Source of the DNA: a virus
IMG/VR virus record: IMGVR_UViG_3300028854_000012
Coordinates: 26,059 to 90,058 of that record
Reading direction: 5' to 3' (one strand)
DNA: 64,000 nucleotides
Under the pieces are notes generated by a model, which did not search any database, had not been told where the DNA came from, and worked only from the letters and a program-made list of their open reading frames with translations. Below, piece after piece: positions 27,361 through 35,943 of this stretch; position 1 is the first letter of the stretch, and each line of letters begins with the position of its first letter. The translations under genes and the position numbers were made by a program.

Positions 27361-28548
27361 ATGGCGACTGGAAACAAGATCGATATGACTGAACCTCTAA
27401 CAATTAATGAGGTTATTCCTCGTTTGCAGCGGTGTATGATGGTTAAACTTCCTGCATTTCTTTGGGCTGGCCCCGGTGTTGGGAAGTCCTCGATTATCAA
27501 TGCTTTGGCCAAGTCACACGGTGGTATCTGCGTCGATATGCGCCTTAGCCAAATGTCTCCAACCGATATTATCGGTATTCCATATTTCGACCATACAACC
27601 AACACAATGCGTTTTGCGCCTCCATCTCGCCTTCCGTCAGAGGAATTGGCGAAGAAGTATCCGCTTATTGTTCTGTTTCTTGACGAGATGAATAGTGCAC
27701 CGCCAGCAGTTCAGGCAGCGGCTTATGAATTGGTTCTGGATCGCCGTTGCGGTGATTATAAGTTGCCGGATAACGTGGTTGTTTTTGCGGCTGGTAATCG
27801 TGAGTCGGATCGCGGAGTCACTTATCGTCTTGCTACGCCTCTTGCCAATCGTCTTCTCCACTTTGACCTCAAGGTTGACTATAATTCTTGGTTGGATTGG
27901 GCATTGGAACAGGCCATCAATTCGGATGTTGTTGCTTATCTCAGCACTTTCAAGTCTTCATTGTTCGATTTTGATCCGAATAGTGTCAGCAAGAGTTTTC
28001 CGACTCCGCGTTCTTGGGAGTTTGTAAGCAAGCTGTTGCAGACGAATACTGAGGCAAACCCAATGACCGATAGTGAAATTCGTGATTTGGTTGGTTCTGC
28101 GGTTGGTTCCGGTGAAGCCACGAAGTTTATGAATTATCTCAAGGTTGGGAAGAATCTTCCTAAGCCAGCCGATGTTCTGAGCGGTAAGGTAAAGGAAATC
28201 AAGACTCGTGAGATTTCCGCTCATTATCAGCTTATTATCAGCATGTTGTATGAGATGCGCGATTATTGGCACAACAACAGTGTGCTCCTTGATTCATATG
28301 CAGTTGTTGGTAACAATAAGAAGGTTCAGCAGCGCAAGTGGAATTCCGATAAGTTGCAGGAAAACTGGCTACGTATGTTCGATACGTTCAACACCTTCAT
28401 TATCACACAGATTTCTCTGGAAATCGGGATCATGGCAATGCGTATGGCGGTTTCAAACTACTACTTCTCTCAGTCTACGGATATGACGAAGTTGAAAACT
28501 TGGCCGAAGATGTGTGAGAGCTACTTCCCATACATGAAGGAAACGTAG
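27361..28548 (+). CDS. MoxR-type AAA+ ATPase
   Basis: GPGVGKS Walker A, LFLDE Walker B, AAGN, PLANR, TPRSW. Confidence 0.92.
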   Translation: MATGNKIDMTEPLTINEVIPRLQRCMMVKLPAFLWAGPGVGKSSIINALAKSHGGICVDMRLSQMSPTDIIGIPYFDHTTNTMRFAPPSRLPSEELAKKYPLIVLFLDEMNSAPPAVQAAAYELVLDRRCGDYKLPDNVVVFAAGNRESDRGVTYRLATPLANRLLHFDLKVDYNSWLDWALEQAINSDVVAYLSTFKSSLFDFDPNSVSKSFPTPRSWEFVSKLLQTNTEANPMTDSEIRDLVGSAVGSGEATKFMNYLKVGKNLPKPADVLSGKVKEIKTREISAHYQLIISMLYEMRDYWHNNSVLLDSYAVVGNNKKVQQRKWNSDKLQENWLRMFDTFNTFIITQISLEIGIMAMRMAVSNYYFSQSTDMTKLKTWPKMCESYFPYMKET

Positions 28549-28562
28549 AGTGTAAAATAAAC

Positions 28563-28613
28563 TAATGTGAATAGGTGAGAACTTTTGGTAATTGTCCACT
28601 CACCTATTCACAT
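28563..28613 (+). terminator. long hairpin, probable terminator
   Basis: AATGTGAATAGGTGAG...CTCACCTATTCACATT. Confidence 0.65.
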
Positions 28614-28741
28614 TATTTATTCTCTAATCGTTTCTGGACACTATACAACCTATTGATTCTAAAGGGTCAAAAATACAAATTTTAACATATTTTGAAGAAT
28701 AAGATCATTTACTGTATCCAAGTGTGTTTTTAATTAAATTG

Positions 28742-28770
28742 TTGACAAATGAACCAAAATTTGATATACT
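28742..28770 (+). promoter_or_regulatory. sigma70-type early promoter
   Basis: TTGACA-17-TATACT. Confidence 0.85.
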
Positions 28771-28793
28771 AATCTTGTAGTCAAATTTGAAAG

Positions 28794-29168
28794 GTGAAAA
28801 TTATGACAGGGGATCAATACAAAACGCTAATAACCACTACAATTTTGCCCAATGATATTTTTGGCAAGATTGAAGAAATGAACGATTATTTTCTAGAAAA
28901 TAGTTATGTATTGGATAAACCGTTTCATAATCATAATTATAATTATACGGTAATTCGAGAGTGGAATACAAAAGAAAACCAGCAAATTCTATCAAATATG
29001 TTTGACTCCTTTATGTCATTCATTCTAAATGCTGTTTCACCGGAAATTATTATAGCAGCAATGCATAAAGCGGTGATTATCTATAATCTTCGGGGTGTAA
29101 TTGAAATGACAAGTTTGCAAAATTGGTCAGCAATTTCTGACAGGGTATTTCCGCTTATTAAAGAATAG
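28794..29168 (+). CDS. stand-alone paralog of the MoxR C-terminal region
   Basis: EMNDYF..MFDSFMSFI..SPEIIIAAM..AV..MTSLQNW vs EMRDYW..MFDTFNTFI..SLEIGIMAM..AV..MTKLKTW. Confidence 0.7.
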   Translation: MKIMTGDQYKTLITTTILPNDIFGKIEEMNDYFLENSYVLDKPFHNHNYNYTVIREWNTKENQQILSNMFDSFMSFILNAVSPEIIIAAMHKAVIIYNLRGVIEMTSLQNWSAISDRVFPLIKE

Positions 29169-29180
29169 TAAAAGTTTTTA

Positions 29181-29209
29181 TTGACATTTTGAATGAAAGT
29201 TGGTATACT
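29181..29209 (+). promoter_or_regulatory. sigma70-type early promoter
   Basis: TTGACA-17-TATACT; ATG 6 nt downstream. Confidence 0.85.
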
Positions 29210-29215
29210 AAGAGT

Positions 29216-30532
29216 ATGAGAAATGAAGTTCTACATCTCGCAACCATTGCAAAAAAGTCCTCAAAAGAGGAAAAGGCTATGCGTCTTACCGATAAGCCGA
29301 TTCCAAAGGATTTGGCAAAGCGCGTAGAAACCAAAATCATCAAGGCTCGTGTCAAGATGCTTTTTCAGCAACCATTTTTTGGAACTTTGGTAACACGTCT
29401 CCAGATTTTCGCGGCTGACAAATGGCTTCCTACTATGGCCGTTGATGGCAAGTATATGTATTTCAATCATGCATTTGTTGATGCTTTGGAATTGGACGAA
29501 TTGGTTTTTGTTTTTGCCCACGAAATTCTCCATATGGTTTATGGACATTTGGATAGAGGTAAGGGACTTGATCAGCAATTGTATAATTGTGCCGCTGATT
29601 ATGTTGTCAACGATGAATTGAAGCAGGTAAATGTTGGAACGTTTCCAACAACTGTTCCGGGTTTGCACGATATAAAGTATCGCGGTTGGAATAGTGAAAA
29701 GGTTTATGAAGATTTGCTGAAACAGCAGAAGAATAATCCAAATTCTGGTAAGTCACTTGAAGAAATGATTGACAAGATGCTTGATGAGCATTTGACTGGT
29801 AAGAGTGTATCAAGCGAGAATGAAGGACCATCATCTGGAACGTCTAAACCAAGTCCCGATGGCCCTGCAAAAATGTCTGAGGAAGATCGCAAGCAGCTAA
29901 AGGCAGACCTCAAGCAGCAAATTATTAGCAGTGCGCAGATGGTTGGTATTGGAAAATTACCATCTGGTGTTCAACGCCTTGTTAACGAACTTCTTGCTCC
30001 GAAGATGGATTGGAAGACGCTGTTGCAAAGTCAGTTGAATAGCATTGTTCCTGCTGATTATAGTTTTCTTCGGGTGAATCGTAAGGGATGGCATCTTGAT
30101 GCAATTCTTCCCGGTATGACCGAAGAACCAATGCTTAATATTGCAGTTGCATTGGATATGAGTGGTAGCATTTCTAACGAAATGGTTCAGGAATTCTTGT
30201 CTGAGATTAAGGGAATTATGGATCAGTATCCAATGTATGAGATTCGAGTGTTTTGTTTTGATACTCGTTGCTATTCTGACAGAACGTTTAGTAGCGACAA
30301 TGGCGAAGATATTCGGACTTATGAAGCCAAGGGTGGTGGTGGAACCGACGGTGGCGCAATATTCCGGTATATGAAGGATGAGAATTTTATTCCTTTGAAG
30401 TTGGTAGTTTTTACAGACGGGTATGTCGGTGATTTCGGTGATGAGAACTATTGTCCTACAGTGTGGGTAATTAAGGGATCGAATGTTGTTCCCCCGTTTG
30501 GAACCCATGCCTATTTCGATGATGAGAATTAA
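29216..30532 (+). CDS. metallopeptidase-like plus VWA domain protein (DUF2201-type MoxR partner)
   Basis: HEILH, N-x-A-x-D, MIDAS DMSGS, GGGT, FTDG; start 29216 or 29279. Confidence 0.9.
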   Translation: MRNEVLHLATIAKKSSKEEKAMRLTDKPIPKDLAKRVETKIIKARVKMLFQQPFFGTLVTRLQIFAADKWLPTMAVDGKYMYFNHAFVDALELDELVFVFAHEILHMVYGHLDRGKGLDQQLYNCAADYVVNDELKQVNVGTFPTTVPGLHDIKYRGWNSEKVYEDLLKQQKNNPNSGKSLEEMIDKMLDEHLTGKSVSSENEGPSSGTSKPSPDGPAKMSEEDRKQLKADLKQQIISSAQMVGIGKLPSGVQRLVNELLAPKMDWKTLLQSQLNSIVPADYSFLRVNRKGWHLDAILPGMTEEPMLNIAVALDMSGSISNEMVQEFLSEIKGIMDQYPMYEIRVFCFDTRCYSDRTFSSDNGEDIRTYEAKGGGGTDGGAIFRYMKDENFIPLKLVVFTDGYVGDFGDENYCPTVWVIKGSNVVPPFGTHAYFDDEN

Positions 30533-30571
30533 CTTTTCATTAAACAACTGATATGTAATATTTGAAATCTT

Positions 30572-31546
30572 TTAAAGGTCTGTTTCGGCAGACCTTTTCT
30601 TTTGTTTAAGATCAAGTGTGAAATTGGCCACCAATTCTTCTATTTTTGAAAAATACCAATATGGAATTATAAGCAATGGAATGTTGTTTTTCTGACAATA
30701 TTCTTGTTTAATTTTGTCCCTCTTTTGAAGTTCTATAAAAGTTTCTTCACCACCCCAATATGGAACAGAATCATAATGTTGTTCTCCTTGATATTCTATC
30801 AAACCATATAATTTATTATTTTTATCAAATACACCAAAATCAAACGGAAGAACTCGTTTATTACGACATTCATTTATTGTTGTTTGTGTTTCAAAAATCA
30901 TATGTAAATTTTCAAGTATTTTATATATTGCTTTTTCACCACGACTAACAAAACAATTTGGGCATCCATTTCCATTTAAATGATTAGCGGGTGATTGTTT
31001 GAAAAAACCATGTATTGGACATTTTATTTTTATTTTGGTGCGACCTCGTATATAAACAGATTCATTATAATCAAACCATATTCCATGAATTTTTATTGCA
31101 TCCACAACAAACTGTTCTTTTGATTTTACTCTATGCAATCGTTGCGATTCTCTCCCACAAAAAGAACAGCCATTACCATTTAAATGACAGTTTGGGATTT
31201 GCAAAAAATCTCCATGAATTGGGCAGGTAATACAAATTAATTTATAAACTCCAGAATATACAGCTTTTTTATACGAATATTTAAAATTATGAATGATATT
31301 TGCTTTTGAAATAAATGTTTCAGTAGTTTTTGTAGTGTTCAACCTAGCCTTTTCCTTCCCACAAATAGGACAACCATGATAATTTAAATGATCATGGGGA
31401 GTTTGTTTAAAAATTATATTATGTTTACGACATGTAATTTTAACTTTTTTATTTGATCTATCATATTCAACTTCAGAATAGTCATATAAATCACCATGTA
31501 TAAATTGTGCTCTTTGAATGAATTTTTCTGTGGTATAAATACGCAT
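30572..31546 (-). CDS. zinc-finger-repeat homing endonuclease with PD-(D/E)XK domain
   Basis: Three HG..Y.Y..I.C..H..F.Q.P..HL..GC..C repeats; LPFDF..IEYQGEQH. Confidence 0.8.
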   Translation of the reverse strand: MRIYTTEKFIQRAQFIHGDLYDYSEVEYDRSNKKVKITCRKHNIIFKQTPHDHLNYHGCPICGKEKARLNTTKTTETFISKANIIHNFKYSYKKAVYSGVYKLICITCPIHGDFLQIPNCHLNGNGCSFCGRESQRLHRVKSKEQFVVDAIKIHGIWFDYNESVYIRGRTKIKIKCPIHGFFKQSPANHLNGNGCPNCFVSRGEKAIYKILENLHMIFETQTTINECRNKRVLPFDFGVFDKNNKLYGLIEYQGEQHYDSVPYWGGEETFIELQKRDKIKQEYCQKNNIPLLIIPYWYFSKIEELVANFTLDLKQKKRSAETDL

Positions 31547-31612
31547 AAGCTGTCGTTTCCTCCAAATGATAGAGTAGTTGGGTTCCTACACCGCGAACTA
31601 CATTATTATTTA
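31547..31612. ncRNA. conserved two-hairpin motif at endonuclease 5' end (copy 2)
   Basis: See 17136-17200. Confidence 0.6.
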
Positions 31613-31721
31613 GTCGTTCAGAACAGAAAACCATAAAAATAAATTAATTATTGAATTATAATTGCCTAATTTCTTTTTTTCGTGCTAAATAAAGTTGTAA
31701 CAGAAAAGGAGAATTAATTTT

Positions 31722-32456
31722 ATGATGAAACATATCGGATTATATAATGCACAGCATATTACTATAGTTTTACATCAAATGCCAAATGAGGAGCATATGT
31801 GTTTAGTTTTAGTAGATCAGAAAGTTCCACCTAGATATTATCAGGCAGTTCAAAATGTTCTCAATAGCACTGCTGGACAAGAAGCAAAAGATTTAGCTAC
31901 TGCATTGGAAGGCGTCACGCTTGATGACAACCGAAACCTTGCTCGCGTTCTTTACACAGAGGGACATCTCAAAAAAGTTCCTTGTAATCAAGTGTTTGCT
32001 ACACCTTATGGATTCCAAAATTCCAATAAAATGAAATTGAATGATCTTAATGAGTATCTCAAGAAGATTGAGGAAGGCAGCGATGCTGCTAAGAAAATGA
32101 AGGAATTGGATGAAAATAAAGGATTACATAGTAAGACCAAATCCAGTCAATCTTTGGTTTCTCCACAGCCAGAACAAAATAAAAATCAAAAAATGTTGGT
32201 TGATCCAGTGGCATTTGCACCAGTAGTAGCTGATCATGAAGTAGAACGTGTTAAACAATTAGCTAATATTAGTCCTCAACAAGCAAGCGATGATTTGAAA
32301 GCACAAGGTGAAAATCTTAGATCGGTTGCTTGTCAACTTCTTCAACAGGCAAAGATTCTTGCTGAGAAAGCAGAATTACTTTACCCGCCGCTTGCCAAGC
32401 GGAAGGCAGGAAGACCTATAGGAACTGGGTTGAAATTGAAAACAGTAAAGAAATAA
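31722..32456 (+). CDS. phage hypothetical protein
   Basis: AAGGAG RBS; MKHIG start, basic AT-hook-like tail. Confidence 0.7.
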   Translation: MMKHIGLYNAQHITIVLHQMPNEEHMCLVLVDQKVPPRYYQAVQNVLNSTAGQEAKDLATALEGVTLDDNRNLARVLYTEGHLKKVPCNQVFATPYGFQNSNKMKLNDLNEYLKKIEEGSDAAKKMKELDENKGLHSKTKSSQSLVSPQPEQNKNQKMLVDPVAFAPVVADHEVERVKQLANISPQQASDDLKAQGENLRSVACQLLQQAKILAEKAELLYPPLAKRKAGRPIGTGLKLKTVKK

Positions 32457-32471
32457 ATTTAACTATAAAAG

Positions 32472-32497
32472 AAACCTAGCCATGGATAGGTTTTTTG
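32472..32497. terminator. intrinsic terminator between convergent genes
   Basis: AAACCTA..TAGGTTT plus T-run. Confidence 0.6.
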
Positions 32498-32522
32498 TTT
32501 GTGTAGGAATTCATATATGGAA

Positions 32523-33539
32523 TTACACAAATGGCATTCCAGATTCTTTTGTGATGTTTATATTTTCTTCAATTATTTTAGCAATACATTGACGATCATG
32601 TAATGTGAGGGAGTAGGCTTCACTATACGAAATACTTCCTCGCATAAACCAACACATTTTCAGAAGATCGTTTGATAGTTCTTTAGTTTCATCTCCCATT
32701 TTTTTGATTATACCTATAATTTCTTCGTCTGATGCCGGTATTAGTCTTTGTCTAAATTGTGAACATACATCTAGATCAATTGGAACTATAAAATTGTGTT
32801 GACATTCAGAGCATGTAATTGAAAAATCATTAAGATATGATTCTTTTATAGCAGATTCAATGTATTCTACTAATTTGCGTTGAATAGAAATATCACATTG
32901 ATTGAACCATTCTGTTATGAATTGATTATTGGTTATAATATCGTGGTTTTCTATAGTAATAGTATTCAAACAATTGGCATAAAAGAGAGTAGTTAGTTTT
33001 GATTTTTGATCCAACAAAAATTCCATAGTAGAACTATATTCTTCTGGAGATTCACAATGGGAAATAAAATACAATTGTTTTAAAATTCTAAAATTGGAAA
33101 TAGAAAATGCTGTATATTCTTTATATGTCGGAGAACGAAACGAAAATGTTAGTTTATCGATAGTGAGAGGTTGAAACCATTTTTTAACGCTTATGTTTGG
33201 AAGATTTGCCTGTAAATTAATTTCATATGGATCATGTTCTTTGCATTGTGGACACTGTAACATAACCTCTAATTCATTTCCATAAGATGCTATTTTTATA
33301 CTTGCTAATATATGTTGAATATCACATAATAAAAGTTTATCTGGATTTATTAAATCTGGACATGAACTTTTAATAATCAATTCTGTAGCAAGTCCAGACA
33401 TCAATGCATCTGGTGTTCTAATAGTGAATTCATCTGCTATAACATTTGCAAAAATTGCATGATTACCAATTATACCTGTTTCTTGTTCAGTTAACAAAGA
33501 TGTATATATTACTGGCCGACTAAAAAATGGTTTATTCAT
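32523..33539 (-). CDS. baseplate hub subunit-like protein (gp26-like) with C-terminal extension
   Basis: TPDALMSG..IKSSCP..D...IL..IKIASYG, CPQC; C-terminal CWFMRG..Y.EA. Confidence 0.65.
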   Translation of the reverse strand: MNKPFFSRPVIYTSLLTEQETGIIGNHAIFANVIADEFTIRTPDALMSGLATELIIKSSCPDLINPDKLLLCDIQHILASIKIASYGNELEVMLQCPQCKEHDPYEINLQANLPNISVKKWFQPLTIDKLTFSFRSPTYKEYTAFSISNFRILKQLYFISHCESPEEYSSTMEFLLDQKSKLTTLFYANCLNTITIENHDIITNNQFITEWFNQCDISIQRKLVEYIESAIKESYLNDFSITCSECQHNFIVPIDLDVCSQFRQRLIPASDEEIIGIIKKMGDETKELSNDLLKMCWFMRGSISYSEAYSLTLHDRQCIAKIIEENINITKESGMPFV

Positions 33540-33540
33540 A

Positions 33541-34551
33541 TTAACTCATGAGTGTTTTTGTTTCAGGTAGAAAATTACTTCCCATAAAAGTTAATTCAGT
33601 TGTCCATTTTTCTGGAGCACCGGCGTTTATTTCTGCTTCTGTGCTGATTTGTTCCGATGACATAAATACATATTTTTTACGCTGCATATCAATATGATCT
33701 CTAATTGAATTAAAATATGCGATATCAATTTGATGAATGGTTTGTTTTATTTGCAAAGAATCTTGTAGGTTTTCCGATGATAAATTTAATATTGTATTAC
33801 CGGATGAATCAATGATTGATAATTTTTTAATACTGGAACATAACAAGTCAATAGCACTAATAGTTAAAGAATTCATATTATTTGAAAAAGCGCCTTCATC
33901 TTTAATGTTTTCATCTTGATCAAAATTTTTTGTTAGTGATTTACGAAGCATAAAAATGTTTTTAGATGTATCAAATAGGTTTTTCATTGGGATTGGTTGA
34001 ACTAAAAGAGATAAAACTTGACCCGTTTCATCCTCAATATTTATTTCTTCATCCCAATGATCTGTTCTGTTGGCAATATCACGAAGAAGATCATTTGCAT
34101 CTATTTGTATAGTTCGAGTGAGCGTTGTTTTTGGAACACTGACAACAAAATCAAAATTTGATCCATAGCTTGCAACACGTATAGCCAATAAAATTGCATC
34201 AATATCAATATTAGGAATTTGATCTGGTTGTTGAATATTTGGAATACAACTTTGAATAACCTCATATATATTTTTTCCGGTCATTGTTGCATCACCGGTT
34301 CTAAATTTCATGTCATCGGACGCATTCATTGCAAATACTGGAAGTTGCCCAGATATATTAAAAGTCAAGCTATTTTTTGGATACCAATTTCCATGACTTG
34401 GAAGAGTTAAAGAAAGTTTATTTTTTCTGAAAAAAGCCGCCAATGGATTAGTTTGGGGTTCAGGTTCCATTTTTTGTTGTAATGTCTTTAGAGGTCCAGT
34501 TGGAATAGTGGAGGAACCCACAACTGGGAATTGTTGCGAACGTTTTGTCAT
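33541..34551 (-). CDS. baseplate hub subunit-like protein (gp26-like)
   Basis: NPL..FFR..LPS.G..Y..PV.AM..D..VIQSCIP..DIDAILLAIRVASYG; paralog of neighbour. Confidence 0.7.
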   Translation of the reverse strand: MTKRSQQFPVVGSSTIPTGPLKTLQQKMEPEPQTNPLAAFFRKNKLSLTLPSHGNWYPKNSLTFNISGQLPVFAMNASDDMKFRTGDATMTGKNIYEVIQSCIPNIQQPDQIPNIDIDAILLAIRVASYGSNFDFVVSVPKTTLTRTIQIDANDLLRDIANRTDHWDEEINIEDETGQVLSLLVQPIPMKNLFDTSKNIFMLRKSLTKNFDQDENIKDEGAFSNNMNSLTISAIDLLCSSIKKLSIIDSSGNTILNLSSENLQDSLQIKQTIHQIDIAYFNSIRDHIDMQRKKYVFMSSEQISTEAEINAGAPEKWTTELTFMGSNFLPETKTLMS

Positions 34552-34580
34552 TTTATTGATTTACTCCTGTTGATATTTAT

Positions 34581-35906
34581 CTTTTCAGAAAAGAAAATAC
34601 GGATGAATTTTCTGTTCCCAAACCAAAATAAACATTTGGCATTTATATAAAAACAAAATAAAATGTATAAATAGATATATGCACAAAGCATTTAAATATC
34701 GGGTATATCCAACCAAAGAACAAGATAAAATCTTGAACGAATGGCAAGGACAACTGCGATTTATTTGGAATCAATTTCTTGATGGAAATATTAAGAGATA
34801 TGAATTAGAAAAGAAATTCAATTTTAAATTTGAAATGGCAAATGCTTTACCGATATTAAAACAAGAACACAAATGGATTTCTGCTCCAAGTCAAAGTTTA
34901 CAACAAATCGCTCTACAAATGGATGGAGCACTTAGAAATTGTTACAAGCGAAAACTTGGTTTCCAAAATTCAAAAAGAAAAACGGAAGGCAACAAGGAAT
35001 TAAAATACCTCAACAATATGATCAAATAAAAACAGGTTCTAAATTTATCAAAATACCCAAATTAGGTGAAGTGAAATGGATTAGACACAGAGAACTACAA
35101 GGAAAACTTAAATCAGTTACAATAACCAAAGACGTAGATCAATGGTATGTTTCGTGTCTCTGCGATATAGATTTTGTTCCATCGCCCAAAGAAGTAAAAT
35201 CCATTGAAAATGATATAACAGGAATTGATTTGGGTATTACTAACTTCATAGTTGACAGCAACGGAGTTGTTGTGGACTCACCAAAATATCTCAAGAAGTC
35301 AGAGAAGAAATTAAAAAGATATGCAAGGCAATACTCTAATAAAAAGAAAGGAAGTAATAATCAAAACAAAGCACGAATAGTATTAGCAAAACAACATAGA
35401 AAAGTAAGGTTTCAAAGAAAGGATTTTCTCCACAAATTGAGTTCTCAGATAGCCAATGAGAATGTGATTGTTATATGTGAAGACCTAGCAGTTAAAAATA
35501 TGAGTAAAAATAGATGCTTGTCAAAAGCAATAAGTGATCAGGGATGGAGTCAGTTCATTACATATTTGACCTATAAACTGGATTGGTGCGGAGGGGAACT
35601 AATTAAAATACCGAGATTTGCTCCTTCAAGTCAGATATGTTCGTCTTGTGGCAATAAACAGAAAATGGATTTGTCTCTGAGAACTTATCTCTGTCCTTCT
35701 TGTAATTTGGTCATAGATAGAGATTACAATGCATCTCTTAATATAAAAGCATTTGGTCTTAAAATTTTAAATGAAACAAATAGGGCAGGAATTGCCCGAA
35801 TATACGCTTGTGGAGATACCTCCAATGGGATATTTGGTATACCGAATATTAGTTGTGTCTCGATGAAACAAGAAGCCAAAGTTGCTTTAGCAACTGGGTG
35901 ATTCAC
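34581..35906 (+). mobile_element. IS200/IS605-family tnpB-only element
   Basis: Starts after TTTAT, ends GGGTGATTCAC; both ends shared with 17930-18178; no tnpA. Confidence 0.85.
34679..35901 (+). pseudogene. tnpB: TnpB RNA-guided nuclease, one-base frameshift near 34960
   Basis: KAFKYRVYP HTH, GIDLG, CEDL, CSSCG/CPSC, DRDYNA; GFPKFK split by one missing T. Confidence 0.9.
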
Positions 35907-35943
35907 CATTGAAAAATTGGATAAATAAAGTAAAGGTGAAAGA

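Noticed and set aside
29957-30547. 196-aa minus-strand ORF and other antisense ORFs over MoxR, VWA and capsid genes
   Set aside because: Fully overlap well-supported genes in GC-richer sequence; no RBS or motifs
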